The notes under the pieces are model-generated. The model had not been told where the DNA came from and ran no database searches. It saw only the letters and a program-made list of their open reading frames with translations. Of a stretch of DNA of 64,000 bases, positions 24,413-35,809 are shown one piece after another. Numbering within the stretch: the stretch's first letter is position 1; each line of letters begins with the position of its first letter. The DNA lies in assembly GCA_012862495.1 (NCBI GenBank), contig BLSG01000221.1:1-64000 (forward strand). The letters run 5' to 3'. A program made the translations under genes and the position numbers. Source of the DNA: Thraustochytrium aureum. Lineage: Eukaryota.

Positions 24413-27400
24413 ATGGTCCGCACCTATTTGCGCCTGANNNNNNNNNNNNNNNNNNNNNNNNNNNNNNNNNNNNNNNNNNNNNNNNNNNNNNNNNNNNNNN
24501 NNNNNNNNNNNNNNNNNNNNNNNNNNNNNNNNNNNNNNNNNNNNNNNNNNNNNNNNNNNNNNNNNNGGTCGGAAGGCGGGGCGGAGCCTGGCTCAGCCTG
24601 CAAGAGACCGAGCAGCACTTCAAGGTCTTGAGCGGCAAGCAGCTTGTGTTTACGAATGGACGTTTGCGGGCTGGCCGCGCTGCAGACGCTGCTCCAACTC
24701 CGCGAATCGCTTTGCTGACGCAGGCCTCGCCTGCCGACCCCTTGCGTTGGCCGCAGGAGCCAGCTGGTAAACTCGGAGGACGGCCACTACACGAGAGGCA
24801 AAGTGGAGATCCCGTTTGACGACGTCAAGCAGATCAACCTTTTGCCCATCAGCGAGACGCAGACCTTGGTGTTGCTGGAGCTGAAGCAGTCGCCGTGCGT
24901 GTACCACGGCGACCAGTTTTGGGAATCGGAAAAGCGAAAACGTGGGGGTTGTGCCTGGACCAAGGGAAGCTCTGACGTGCGGCTGCTTCAAGCCGCTGCA
25001 ACGCATCGCTTCCATCGCGTCGTGGTTGGCAACGCCCGCGTCAAGCTCATCAAGGAGCTCGGGCAACTCATTGACGAGCCAGTTCGCCTCGGCTTGTCCT
25101 CAACGCTCACGTTGCAAGCCTTTCAAAGCGTTGCCAACCACGCGTTCCCGCCATCGTCCTCCAAGCCCGGAGCCAAGAGCACGGCAAGTTTGCCGATGTC
25201 GGCTGCGGCGAGTTGTGCGGCGCCGCTGCCATCTCCGCAAACGCGGCTGGGCATGGCTTGCGGCAGCGTCCGCGGCCCTGTAATCATCACCAGAGCCCAA
25301 CCCGCCCTTACAGCACGAGCGGCGGGGCGCAGCCAGACCTCGAGCGTGCCTCCTGCCCGAGTAGCCAGCGGCTCTGCTGCGGTTTTGCAGGATACTGGGC
25401 GCCACTATAGCACAGGGCGGCCAGGGAGCCACCAACTCGCCGAGGCGAACAAGCGGCTCAAGACTAGCCACAGCAAACCGGGCCAAGAGCCGAAACCTTA
25501 CCTGCTAGCAGCCACGCGCACGCTCGGCACGCTCGGCACGCGCGAGAAGGAAAACACCCCCGTGGAGCTGCAGGGCCACGCTGTGCCGATGTCGCCGTTG
25601 TTGGGCTCCAAGCGCGCGGCGCCTCGACCCGTCAAGACATCGCAACCCCGCGGCGCCACCTTCGACGCCAGCTCCTGCGGCGCCGTTACGCCGCAGACGC
25701 GGTCGATGAGCAAGCGCCTCCGCACGCGCACTCCGACCTTCTCGGTGCAGAGGCACGACTTTGACGAAGCAGACTTTCTCGCGTCTGCCGTCTCTCCAAC
25801 AAGAACGCCGGGCCACTTTGCGGAGCCTTCTCCCGGACCAGCGTTTTACCGCGTTGTTCTCGACCGGCTCGTCTCGCCGCTTCGCTTTGATGGCATGGGG
25901 AGCCCTTCCACGGGTCTTCGGTCGCCCGCTGTGGGCAAGACGCCGCGGCAGCATGTCAAGCGGCGTGGAAATATTTCGGTTCTTGAACCTGAGGCGTTTG
26001 ACTGCGCTCGCGCCGCGGCGACGTCACAAGCGCAGGCCGGTGCACTGGGTCGCGGCGTCGGCGCCACGGACCGCTTGCAGCAAGCAATCACGCGGGGCTC
26101 GTTTGNNNNNNNNNNNNNNNNNNNNNNNNNNNNNNNNNNNNNNNNNNNNNNNNNNNNNNNNNNNNNNNNNNNNNNNNNNNNNNNNNNNNNNNNNNNNNNN
26201 NNNNNNNNNNNNNNNNNNNNNNNNNNNNNNNNNNNNNNNNNNNNNNNNNNNNNNNNNNNNNNNNNNNNNNNNNNNNNNNNNNNNNNNNNNNNNNNNNNNN
26301 NNNNNNNNNNNNNNNNNNNNNNNNNNNNNNNNNNNNNNNNNNNNNNNNNNNNNNNNNNNNNNNNNNNNNNNNNNNNNNNNNNNNNNNNNNNNNNNNNNNN
26401 NNNNNNNNNNNNNNNNNNNNNNNNNNNNNNNNNNNNNNNNNNNNNNNNNNNNNNNNNNNNNNNNNNNNNNNNNNNNNNNNNNNNNNNNNNNNNNNNNNNN
26501 NNNNNNNNNNNNNNNNNNNNNNNNNNNNNNNNNNNNNNNNNNNNNNNNNNNNNNNNNNNNNNNNNNNNNNNNNNNNNNNNNNNNNNNNNNNNNNNNNNNN
26601 NNNNNNNNNNNNNNNNNNNNNNNNNNNNNNNNNNNNNNNNNNNNNNNNNNNNNNNNNNNNNNNNNNNNNNNNNNNNNNNNNNNNNNNNNNNNNNNNNNNN
26701 NNNNNNNNNNNNNNNNNNNNNNNNNNNNNNNNNNNNNNNNNNNNNNNNNNNNNNNNNNNNNNNNNNNNNNNNNNNNNNNNNNNNNNNNNNNNNNNNNNNN
26801 NNNNNNNNNNNNNNNNNNNNNNNNNNNNNNNNNNNNNNNNNNNNNNNNNNNNNNNNNNNNNNNNNNNNNNNNNNNNNNNNNNNNNNNNNNNNNNNNNNNN
26901 NNNNNNNNNNNNNNNNNNNNNNNNNNNNNNNNNNNNNNNNNNNNNNNNNNNNNNNNNNNNNNNNAGTGGCCGAGTTTTTCCAGGTTGGGCATGCGACGAG
27001 CCCGTGGCTCTCAGAGTCGTTCAGGGAGCACGCCTGGCTCTGGTGCCCCGAGAGCCGCTCACCTTTGCGCTCGACGGGCGAGGCGTCGAGCTCTTCTCGT
27101 TCAAGACAACCGACCAAGGTTTGCGGGGTCTCCAGCAGGAGAGCACGTTGTGCAGGCCGGTCTGCTTTTTGTGCGGCGTTGCTGCTGAGACTTTCGAGCT
27201 GGGGCGCAGCAACCCGTTCCATAGCTGGCTGCGAGGCGGGCTCCAGTTTTACGCTCGTGCGGCAGTTACCAGGCACCTGGCGTGGGACGGCCGCTTGGAC
27301 GCCGACACGAACGGCCGCATGCGTCTCTGCGAGGCTGGCCACATTTCGATCCTGTTCTTGGAGACGAAAGAGAACGCCGTGCCTGACGACGAGCGCGAGC

Positions 27401-27417
27401 GGTGCAAGCCGATGTGA
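24413..27417 (+). CDS. Hypothetical protein, possible N-terminal PH-like domain; two N-gaps
   Basis: Long open frame 24803..26105 with 'KVEIPFDDVKQI...LLELKQSPCVY...W...SD...AATHRFH', then a disordered Ser/Pro region. ORF 27004..27417 after the gap may be the C-terminus. Boundaries uncertain. Confidence 0.45.
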
Positions 27418-28288
27418 TCTACCTATGATCATCTATCTATCTATCCGACCTACCCGTTCGTCGTCGCGTCCGAGTGCGGACCAGACTGCAGAGTGCACAG
27501 GCGGCTGGCTGGCTGGCTGGCTGGCCGGCTGGCTACCTCCCTCCCCAATCTTCTTTCCTTCACTGCCGGGCCAAGTGGCTTGTGGTGCGATGTGGCTGCC
27601 TGGCCCTCACGGGAAATCCACTTTTTCGGCCGCTCCTGTCTCTTTCACATGACTTTCTCTTTCACATGAGATCTTGATTGAAATCAAGAAAAAAAGAAAC
27701 GCTTGCGCTGCTGGAACGACCTATGGCCTCCCTTCCTCTGCAGGAGAGCAGCAAGATGGAGCCCCGAAATCTGGCGCAGCTCCCAGCTCGCCTCTTTGCC
27801 CCTTTGTGCATCATCATTTGACTTGATTTGACATTCAATCAATCAATCAATCGCTTGTTTGTTTTTCGTTTTCCGCGGCATTGCCCGCTCTTTCTACGCC
27901 GGTGACACGAGGTGCAAGGCAAGGCAAGGAAGGTGCAAGCCAAGGAAGGTGCAAGGGCGAGCGCGGCGCGGGAGAGAGAGGGAGGGAGGGGCAATACTCG
28001 CTCTCTTGCAAACGCTCGCTCGGCACGGTGAACGTCGGTTGTTGTCCCAAGACCTTTGCCGTTGCTCGTCGACCGCACGTAATCCACATGGACTCCTCAC
28101 AGCGCGCGCTTTACGGCTCCCACTCGGTGATTTCGAAACGTGCAAGGCGCAATGGACCTGAACTCTGCGCCGATGGGAGGGAGTTGTACCTACTCACCAA
28201 GTACCCCTGGAGCACATGGACGTGCGTTGAGGCGACTCCAGTTTGCTCTGGTGACGGCCTCCCAGCCAGCGTCCCGTCGCCCGCCAGC

Positions 28289-28349
28289 GCATGGCAAAGC
28301 GCATGGCAAAGTGCATGGCAAAGTGCATGGCAAAGTGCATGGCAAAGTG
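28289..28349. repeat. 12-bp tandem repeat (GCATGGCAAAGT), 5 copies
   Basis: Read directly. Confidence 0.92.
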
Positions 28350-29333
28350 TGGAGTGTGGCCTAGCCCAGTCAGGCCCAGTCAGTCAGTCAGATTGATCAC
28401 CGCACGCTGCATGCCAGGCATGTCGTTTGGTGCTGGGGCCACTACCGCACTTGGCAACCGCCTCGCGGAGGCTGAACGAAGGCAAGAAATCATGATTCAC
28501 CGCCGGCTGCTCTGCTCCACCACTCGAGCAGCGCAGCGCAAGAGGAGAGAGGTGGTGGTAGAGCACAGAGATACCTCCAGAGTACACAGGTAGTACTCGG
28601 TCTTCTACCAATTCGGCTCGCGCTGTGCGGCTCGCTCACACGGGAAGGGAGGCGACGAGGCTTCAAAAAACGCAGGCCGCTGCGATGCGGTCAAGAGGCG
28701 ACGAGCGAGCTCACGGAGTTCCTTCTTCCACCGGCTGTGAGCCAAGTTGAACAACAAGCAGCGAGCGAGCGAAGCGCTCTGCTACAGAGTGCTGCTCTAC
28801 CACCTACGTGCTCCGGACAACGCATGCAGGTTTGCCCTCGCGCAGGCAGTGCAGGATCACGGAAGCAGCGACTGCGCAGGCGCTCGCGGACTGCAGCGCA
28901 GTTGCTCGCGGCGGCCGGCCTCTTTTGAGTCTCTGCGCTGGCCGTTTGGTGCGCTGCGCTGGGGCGTGTGGTGGCGAAACGAGTAGCCCGAAGTGAGACG
29001 CCGCGCGTACTCACGTTTGACCCCCCACCAGTCAAGGCAGGCAGGCAGCCAGGCAGCGAGCAGCGGCGGTGTGGAAACAGAGCCGCATCGCGACGAAGAA
29101 AAGGCCGAAGAATAGACGAGNNNNNNNNNNNNNNNNNNNNNNNNNNNNNNNNNNNNNNNNNNNNNNNNNNNNNNNNNCGCCCGCGGAGGGGCGACGAAAG
29201 CCCAACTCATCAACGCCTGGCTTGGGCCGGTCTGGACACGCCCACCACCGTTCGTATCGCTTCCACTTCGAGTACGCCCAGCAGCCGGCGGTTTGGTAGG
29301 CAGGTTCATCCAACGCAGCCCTGACGCACGACG

Positions 29334-31652
29334 ATGAAGCGGCTCCGGGCGGTGTGGGGCGCTCTGGCGATCGTGGTTCTGGCAGGCGCAGCGGCGGTTG
29401 ATGCATACCTTGCGGCGGAGAGCAAAGTCGGCGCCGACGCGCAAGCGGCTAGAGTACCCCGCGAGCTGGCAAAGGCCTGCGCCGACGCCGGCACCAATAG
29501 GCGCGCGTGCAACAATCTCGTCAAGGAGGGTTTGCAGTGTACGTATTTCCAAAAGCGAAACCCCAGCACGAGAAAGTCGTTCGGCTGCCTCCCCAAGGGA
29601 TTGTGCCACTTCGTCAACAAGGAGCGCCGCCAGTGCCAGTCGGAGGCTGCATGTATGTACCTGCGCAAGAACGACGTGCCCGGGAGGAAAACGCAGTACG
29701 GGTGCGTCGAGAAGACCTTCTGCGGCTTCAGGTTCGAGCGCGAGTGCGGGGGCTTTGACAAGTGCAAATGGAACTCTGCTTCGTCCCAGTGCGAAACCGC
29801 CGTGTCACCCCCGCCTCTTGGGGGCAAGCCAACGAAGGATCCCACGCCCTCCCCGACGACAAAGTTTCCGACAGCGGCTCCTTCGCGGCAGCCAACAGTC
29901 GCGCCGTCCGGACAGCCGACAGACGCGCCGTCAGGGCGCCCGACGACCGCGCCAACCCAACGGCCAACGAGCGCGCCGACGACCGCGCCAATCTCCCTCG
30001 GGATCGACTTTGAAGACCATCATGGCGCAAAGCCCAACCTCTTCTTCATCCTCGTGGACGACCTCGGCCACGCCGACGCAGGGTTTTCAGACGACCCCAA
30101 GCCCTCAGCAGGGCCCGCCACCCCTGTGATGACTCGGCTCGCTAAGAGCGGGCTCATCATGAACAGGCACTACGCGCACTGGCACTGCTCCCCTTCGAGG
30201 CGGTCGTTCCTTACAGGGCGCTTCCCCATCAACACCGGCGAAGAGCTCAGCAACGAGTACGACGACCACATGGACACGCGGTGGACCTGGATCTCGCAAA
30301 AGCTCAAGAGCGTGGGCTACTACAATGTTTTTTACGGCAAGGGGCACTTGGGCTTCCGGACGTGGCGTCACATGCCCATTAGACGGGACTTTGACGAGCA
30401 CGAGGGGATGTTGGGCGGCTACGCCGACTACCGCGCCACAAACCGGTGGCGCGGGAGCGCGGTGTTTGACCAAGACGCGACGTACAGCACAATGTTCACC
30501 GGCAAGGCGATCGAGCAGTCTGTGCGCAGGCACTTTGCGCCGGAACGGAGGAACCCGCCCCCCATGTTCGCGTTCTTGCCCTACCAAGCCCCTCACAGCC
30601 CCATTCAGTGCCCTGGCAACGGTGGAGAAGAGGGCGCGCGCTATGGCAGAAGCAGGAAAGGCGAAACGTGCATGATGCGGATGATCTTTGCGCTCGACGC
30701 CGAGCTCGGCTACCTGGAACGCGCCCTCAAGGACGTCGGCCAGTGGGACAACTCGCTCATCGTCTTCACCTCCGACAACGGGGGCTCGAGGCGCCACTGG
30801 AATCAGGAAGGCAACAACTACCCGTACCGGGGAGAGAAGAGCACCTCCTTTGAGGGCGCTCTTCGAGTCATCACGTTCCTCACTGGCGGCTTTCTGCCAG
30901 AGACGATGCGGGGCCACAAGACCAACATCATCTCGCACATCGCAGACTGGTACACGACCTTTTGCCACTTGGCGGGCGTTGACGCGAAGGATGATGCACC
31001 GCGTCGCCCCGCGCACGTCGACCTTTCAAGCGAACACGTCGACAACGTTTACATGCCCGTGGAGAAGCGATCGGGCAACAACGTCTGGGGGCCGAACAGC
31101 TACCCCGGCGTAGATGGCAAAAACCTGTGGCCACACCTCCGGCGTGACCCCTTGGACCCCGTACCCGCTGACACTGTCCACAAGTTTCTTCCGGTTACTA
31201 GCCAGGTCGCCATCGCAGGCAACCTCAAGCTCGTCACAGCGCAACCGTGCGAGCTCAACATTTTCGGCGAGGGTGACTGCATAACTCGCATCGAGTACAG
31301 CTGGGCGCTCAAGAACGACGCTTTCAGCGGCGCACCAGAAGCAAGCGTCCCCCCAGCAAGCCGGGCAATCGGCTGTCTGCGAGTCATCGACCATCGCGAA
31401 CACGGCTTGAACGGCCAAGTGCTCGAGCCGTGCCTCTTTGACCTGGACGCAGACCCGAGGGAAACGCGCAACTTGGTCGAGCGCAAGTCGGACATCGAAC
31501 GGATGTGGCGCCAACTCAACGATACGCTCGTGTACCAGTATAATACTCGAGTTCCTGGCAAAGAAAGTGGCATTTCGCCGCCAGGATCTTGCACCAACTG
31601 GGAGGTCGACGTGAACCGGATCAACACCGACTACTCTCCAGTGTGCCTGTGA
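29334..31652 (+). CDS. Secreted arylsulfatase B-like (S1) sulfatase with N-terminal Cys-rich repeats and a PT linker
   Basis: Signal peptide; 'PNLFFILVDDLG'; formylglycine motif 'CSPSRRSFLTGR'; 'GKGHLG'; 'YQAPHSP'; 'FTSDNGG'; 'YRGEK..FEG'; 'HIADWYTTF'; 'LFDL..DP.E..NL'. Confidence 0.95.
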   Translation: MKRLRAVWGALAIVVLAGAAAVDAYLAAESKVGADAQAARVPRELAKACADAGTNRRACNNLVKEGLQCTYFQKRNPSTRKSFGCLPKGLCHFVNKERRQCQSEAACMYLRKNDVPGRKTQYGCVEKTFCGFRFERECGGFDKCKWNSASSQCETAVSPPPLGGKPTKDPTPSPTTKFPTAAPSRQPTVAPSGQPTDAPSGRPTTAPTQRPTSAPTTAPISLGIDFEDHHGAKPNLFFILVDDLGHADAGFSDDPKPSAGPATPVMTRLAKSGLIMNRHYAHWHCSPSRRSFLTGRFPINTGEELSNEYDDHMDTRWTWISQKLKSVGYYNVFYGKGHLGFRTWRHMPIRRDFDEHEGMLGGYADYRATNRWRGSAVFDQDATYSTMFTGKAIEQSVRRHFAPERRNPPPMFAFLPYQAPHSPIQCPGNGGEEGARYGRSRKGETCMMRMIFALDAELGYLERALKDVGQWDNSLIVFTSDNGGSRRHWNQEGNNYPYRGEKSTSFEGALRVITFLTGGFLPETMRGHKTNIISHIADWYTTFCHLAGVDAKDDAPRRPAHVDLSSEHVDNVYMPVEKRSGNNVWGPNSYPGVDGKNLWPHLRRDPLDPVPADTVHKFLPVTSQVAIAGNLKLVTAQPCELNIFGEGDCITRIEYSWALKNDAFSGAPEASVPPASRAIGCLRVIDHREHGLNGQVLEPCLFDLDADPRETRNLVERKSDIERMWRQLNDTLVYQYNTRVPGKESGISPPGSCTNWEVDVNRINTDYSPVCL

Positions 31653-32014
31653 TGATGGCTCCAGCTCTGCGGCGGCCGGCTACGCTAGACGGCGCCATCT
31701 CTTGCTTGCCGGTGATGGCTCCAACTTTGCGGCTGCCAGCAAGACGGCGTCATGTCTTGATTCCCCGCGCACGCTCCTCGGGGTGCCGTGACTCTAGCGC
31801 GTTTGTGTTTTGTTTCTGCCAATGTTCACAATGATGGAATCCTTTTTTGTTGACTGATGTAGGCTCCGTGTCCATTTGGGTGGGTTGCTAGGCTAGAGCT
31901 AGAGCTACTCTACGCGACGCTAAAAGACGGGAGGTGCGACCTCAAAAGCAAAGTGAATGGATCTCAATTTGATTGATTGACTCAATCAATCAAAATCTCA
32001 AAAGAGGTTGATTC

Positions 32015-33531
32015 TTATTTTCTACGGTGGCCACAGATTGCCTCAAAGTCGCATTCGTCCACGACGCGCTGGACAGCGGCTCGGAACACGCCAAGGGGGC
32101 ACATTGTCGAGGAAGAATCCTCGCTCTGCCCTGGGCAAAGGTGCGGAGGCAAGTGGACTGGATGCTCGTTGTGCAAAAGCTCGACCATCAAGCCGCTCTG
32201 CTGGACGGCACCGACCTGCTCCAGGCTCGGCGACTCGCACTCGTACAGCGCAAGCGCAACGTTCGCCGCAAACGGTGCTACCGCCCCAGCACGCCACCGG
32301 CGCTGCTCTGCCGCCGCCGCTGACGGGCCATGCGCAGCGTCAAACGCAGCGTGGTCGGTCTCCGACATCGTCGCGGCAAAGAGTCCTAGCCGCGCGATCA
32401 GGGGTATCACCGTCTCGGCGTGCCCAAAGCGAAACACGGCTCTGCGCCCCGCACTGCTGCCCTGCGCGGCCTCCAGCGTGCTTTCTACCATCTCCGAGAA
32501 GAGCAAGCACGACATCTCATAGTTGATCGGAAACCCGTAGCCCTTTTCCCAAAATATCGATGCGTCGTCCAGGTACTCGAGCAGCTCGATGTCCTCGCTC
32601 CCGAGGAGCCCGCAGTAGGGGCTCGTGCGGTTCAGCACGGCGTGCTCCATCATGCACGCGTCCCAGATGTGTGGCACGACTGCGCCGGGCACGAGCTGCT
32701 CGAGCGCTTCCACGGTGCTCTGCGCGAGCCCTGCATCGGCAGCCCGGCGGACGACACGGGCGTGTATCTCGGCGTGAAGCCTGCGCTGCAAAACCGCCAC
32801 GTGGCCCTCCTCCTTCAGGGTCTCGTTCTTCTTCACTTGCGCGGCGTACGCTGGGCACGCTTTGTGGAACCGCAGGTGCCTGTCCAGGGCCTTGGACTCG
32901 GAGGGAATCGCAACGTGCTCGTATGGCCGATCATCGCCGTCGTCGTGGAACAGGCCGTGGCTGAACGCCGCCGCACTCTGCAGCGCGCGGGTGACTTGCG
33001 AGGAGCGAAAGTCGAACAGGCTCGGGTGGTATGGCGTGCCGTCGAACAGCTCGCCAAACCGTTCCCGCGTCCGCCTGCCCATCTGGAACAGCTCGGCTTC
33101 CCCGACTCGGCACAGCAAGCCGCCGTCGCGTTCTTGGAAGGGAACTGGGCCAGGGGAAANNNNNNNNNNNNNNNNNNNNNNNNNNNNNNNNNNNNNNNNN
33201 NNNNNNNNNNNNNNNNNNNNNNNNNNNNNNNNNNNAGCGCAGCTTTCATTTTGCGAATGTGCTTTTCGGTTGGAAATCGCGTGCCGTGCCTCACGACTTT
33301 GTACAAGTGAATAGGCCGGCAGGCGGCCGGGTGAAAGCAGGTCTCCGGCTCGGCGTGCTCATCGCGCACCAGCCGCTCATCATACGGAGTCTTCGTACCG
33401 AGGCGCCCCACGAGAAGCGCCCTCACTGCTTCGTCCTGGCCGGTCGCCTCGCGACCGAGCGCCCCCGCGGCCACCGCAAGCGCGACGAGCGCCGCAAGCC
33501 CGAACCTCGCGCGCCGCCGGGCGCCCATCAT
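32015..33531 (-). CDS. MINPP1: Multiple inositol polyphosphate phosphatase / histidine acid phosphatase (N-gap 33160-33235)
   Basis: Signal anchor, 'LGTKTPY', catalytic 'RHGTRFP', 'RSSQVTRALQSAAAF..G', 'LRFHKAC', 'LEYLDD...FWEKGYG..INY', 'FGHAET', 'PFAAN'. Confidence 0.9.
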
Positions 33532-33947
33532 CAAGGCAGCCTTGGCTCCTGACCGACGCGCTCGCTGCCAATCGCCACCTGCCACGCAGCGCGGCCGCGC
33601 GTCCCTCGCGCTCCTCCGCGCGCCCCAGGCCCCTCTCTGTCCGACGAAAAAGTCGCAAAGCAGTTAGCTTCTGCGGGTTCCCCTGCGGGTTCCCCTGTGG
33701 CGCCTTTTGTGGGCTTTGTTAGGCGGTGAGTTTACACAGTGGAGTTATAATTCACTGTGTTGAGCAAAGGGGAACCCGTGCGTGCAGGGCGAACAGGGAG
33801 GACTCTGAGGCGACAGAAGCAGCCTTCAAGTTGGTGTTGGGCCGGAAGGATGGAGGAGAGAGGCAGACCACGAATGAATGCCTACGTACTTGGCCTTTCT
33901 CAGTGCACGAGCAGACCCCAGAAGGCGCGACCGCGGGCTCTGACGGG

Positions 33948-34760
33948 ATGCTGCAGGTGCTCGCACGCATGAGCGCGCGTCTCGCGCCCGGCGGGGCGCG
34001 CAGAAGCGCGGCAAGCTTGCAGCCCGTGGCAGAGTGCAAAGCGATGGACGCCAAGCTGCGGAGTAGAGCTGCGACCGCGTGCCCAAGCGCGCTGGAAAGG
34101 GGCTTCGCCAGCGCCTCACGCAGAAAGCTGGGCGCTGCAGCTGGACTCGGCTCGGTTTTGGGCGTGATGCAGGCGCACCCTTTCGCGGCGCAGGTCTCGA
34201 TCGCGACGGTCAAGACCTCGCTGGCCGACCTGCTCGTGCAGATCAAAGTGGAGCAACGCGAGACCGTCGACTGGCGACGCAACGCGCTGTTTATCCTTTT
34301 CGGCGGGGCCTACCTCGGCGTCTTCCAGTGGTTTGTGTACGTGCGCGGGTTCCAGCGTCTGTTCCCGGCGATGAACGCGTTTTGCAACCAGAGCTTGCGC
34401 GAGAAACTGCGCAACCGCGCAGGGTTGAGGGCGTTGTTCGGCCAGATCGCGCTCGACTTTGTGCTTATCCAGCCATTCATGTACTTTCCCGTCTTTTACT
34501 CGTTCAAGACGGTTGTTGAGGAGGACCTCGGCGGCAAAGGTCGTTGGCAGCACGCGTTCGACAACTGGCGCACCAACTTTCTCACGGACAACTTTGGCAT
34601 GATGGCGTTCTGGCTCCCGATGGACTTGGTGATCTACTCGGTGCCGCTCTGGCTTCGCCTGCCGCTCAACCACGCCATATCCTTCGCTTGGTGCTGCGTG
34701 CTCTCCGTGTTTCGCGGCTCGGACGGCGTCAACGCCGAGCTTGAGGCCGCCACGGCATGA
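33948..34760 (+). CDS. Mpv17/PMP22 family membrane protein
   Basis: 'KTSLADLLVQ...E..DWRR...F..FG..YLG..Q', 'QIALD...PFMYFPVFY', 'FWLPMD...YSVPLWLRLP...SFAW'. Start codon uncertain. Confidence 0.88.
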   Translation: MLQVLARMSARLAPGGARRSAASLQPVAECKAMDAKLRSRAATACPSALERGFASASRRKLGAAAGLGSVLGVMQAHPFAAQVSIATVKTSLADLLVQIKVEQRETVDWRRNALFILFGGAYLGVFQWFVYVRGFQRLFPAMNAFCNQSLREKLRNRAGLRALFGQIALDFVLIQPFMYFPVFYSFKTVVEEDLGGKGRWQHAFDNWRTNFLTDNFGMMAFWLPMDLVIYSVPLWLRLPLNHAISFAWCCVLSVFRGSDGVNAELEAATA

Positions 34761-35026
34761 AGGCGGGCTGCCGGACCCCGCTGTGGCCGCGCTTGTGAGG
34801 GCGGCAGCACGTACTATTCTGCTTTGTGATTTCAATCAAGGCCAAAATCAAGAAAACTGCTTGGCCTCCGTTCACTTTCACGCCTTCCGCCCAGCTCCTG
34901 CGAGCGAGAGGCCGAGGCCGACCGGCTGCTTCGGCGGGCCACCCAAGGCTACCTCGCTCCGCACGACGAAATATTAACCTACAACTACCAACTCGCCTTG
35001 TCCAGACCGAGCAGAGGGCCGGCTGG

Positions 35027-35809
35027 CTACCTTGTCACGAGGAGGATCACCAGCACAATGGCAGCGACGAGGAGAATGACCATGAACCAGAACGCAAACG
35101 GGCTCACCTTGCGCCTGTACAAGGAAGACTTGATGAGCTCGCTCAAGCCGGCGCTCGTGTCGGCCTCGGCGCGCGACAACTGCTGGTCAACCTGCGAAAT
35201 GTCCTCGCCTTGCTCCTCAACCAGAACTGCCACGTCGCGGTAGATCTCGCTGAGCTGCATCGCAGAGCGCTGCAGGTGCTGAAAAGCCCGCTCTCGCTCC
35301 AGCAAGTCTTGCTGGTTAAACTCCACCGCGTCCCGCAGGAGGAGCTCTGTTGCATCGCCAGCGCCAACGGCTGCCTCGAGCTGCGATTCAGAGTCGCTCA
35401 ACCGGTCGGCGCTGGCCGCACCGCTCGCGGCGTTGCTCCGCTGTTCTCGCGCCAGCGCGTCTTTGACGGTCGCGCTTAGATCCGAGAACTTGCGCTCAAA
35501 GTCTCGCATCGACTTGCGGTGTAGCCCTGGGGCGACGTGGCCCCTGGCGGCCTCTACGGCGCCGCGCGCGCGGTCCGCGGCCGCCATGGCCGCGTCGATC
35601 ATCTCGTGCAGGTGCTTTCTGCTCGCCAGCGTGTCCTGCGCGCCGCCCAGCAGGCCCACCGCCGCCCGCACCTTGGTCGCCAGGTCGCCAAACTCAGTCA
35701 GCGCCATCTGCATCGCCAAGGCCTGCTCGCTCGCCGCGACCCCTCCTGCCCGCGCGGCGACCGGCGGCGTGCGCCGCAGTCCATCCTCCCCGATATCCTG
35801 AAAGCTCAT
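35027..35809 (-). CDS. Qa-SNARE syntaxin (STX7/STX12/SYP2-like)
   Basis: 'MSFQDI' start, Habc 'LGGAQDT...R..L', SNARE motif 'ERE....LQ.....LSEIYRDVAVLVEEQGEDISQVD', C-terminal transmembrane helix. Confidence 0.9.
   Translation of the reverse strand: MSFQDIGEDGLRRTPPVAARAGGVAASEQALAMQMALTEFGDLATKVRAAVGLLGGAQDTLASRKHLHEMIDAAMAAADRARGAVEAARGHVAPGLHRKSMRDFERKFSDLSATVKDALAREQRSNAASGAASADRLSDSESQLEAAVGAGDATELLLRDAVEFNQQDLLERERAFQHLQRSAMQLSEIYRDVAVLVEEQGEDISQVDQQLSRAEADTSAGLSELIKSSLYRRKVSPFAFWFMVILLVAAIVLVILLVTR

Noticed and set aside
47..28349. Short tandem arrays (47-100, 10157-10238, 28289-28349) as CRISPR-like arrays
   Set aside because: The units are contiguous with no unique spacers, no cas genes are present, and the context is eukaryotic; these are ordinary minisatellites.
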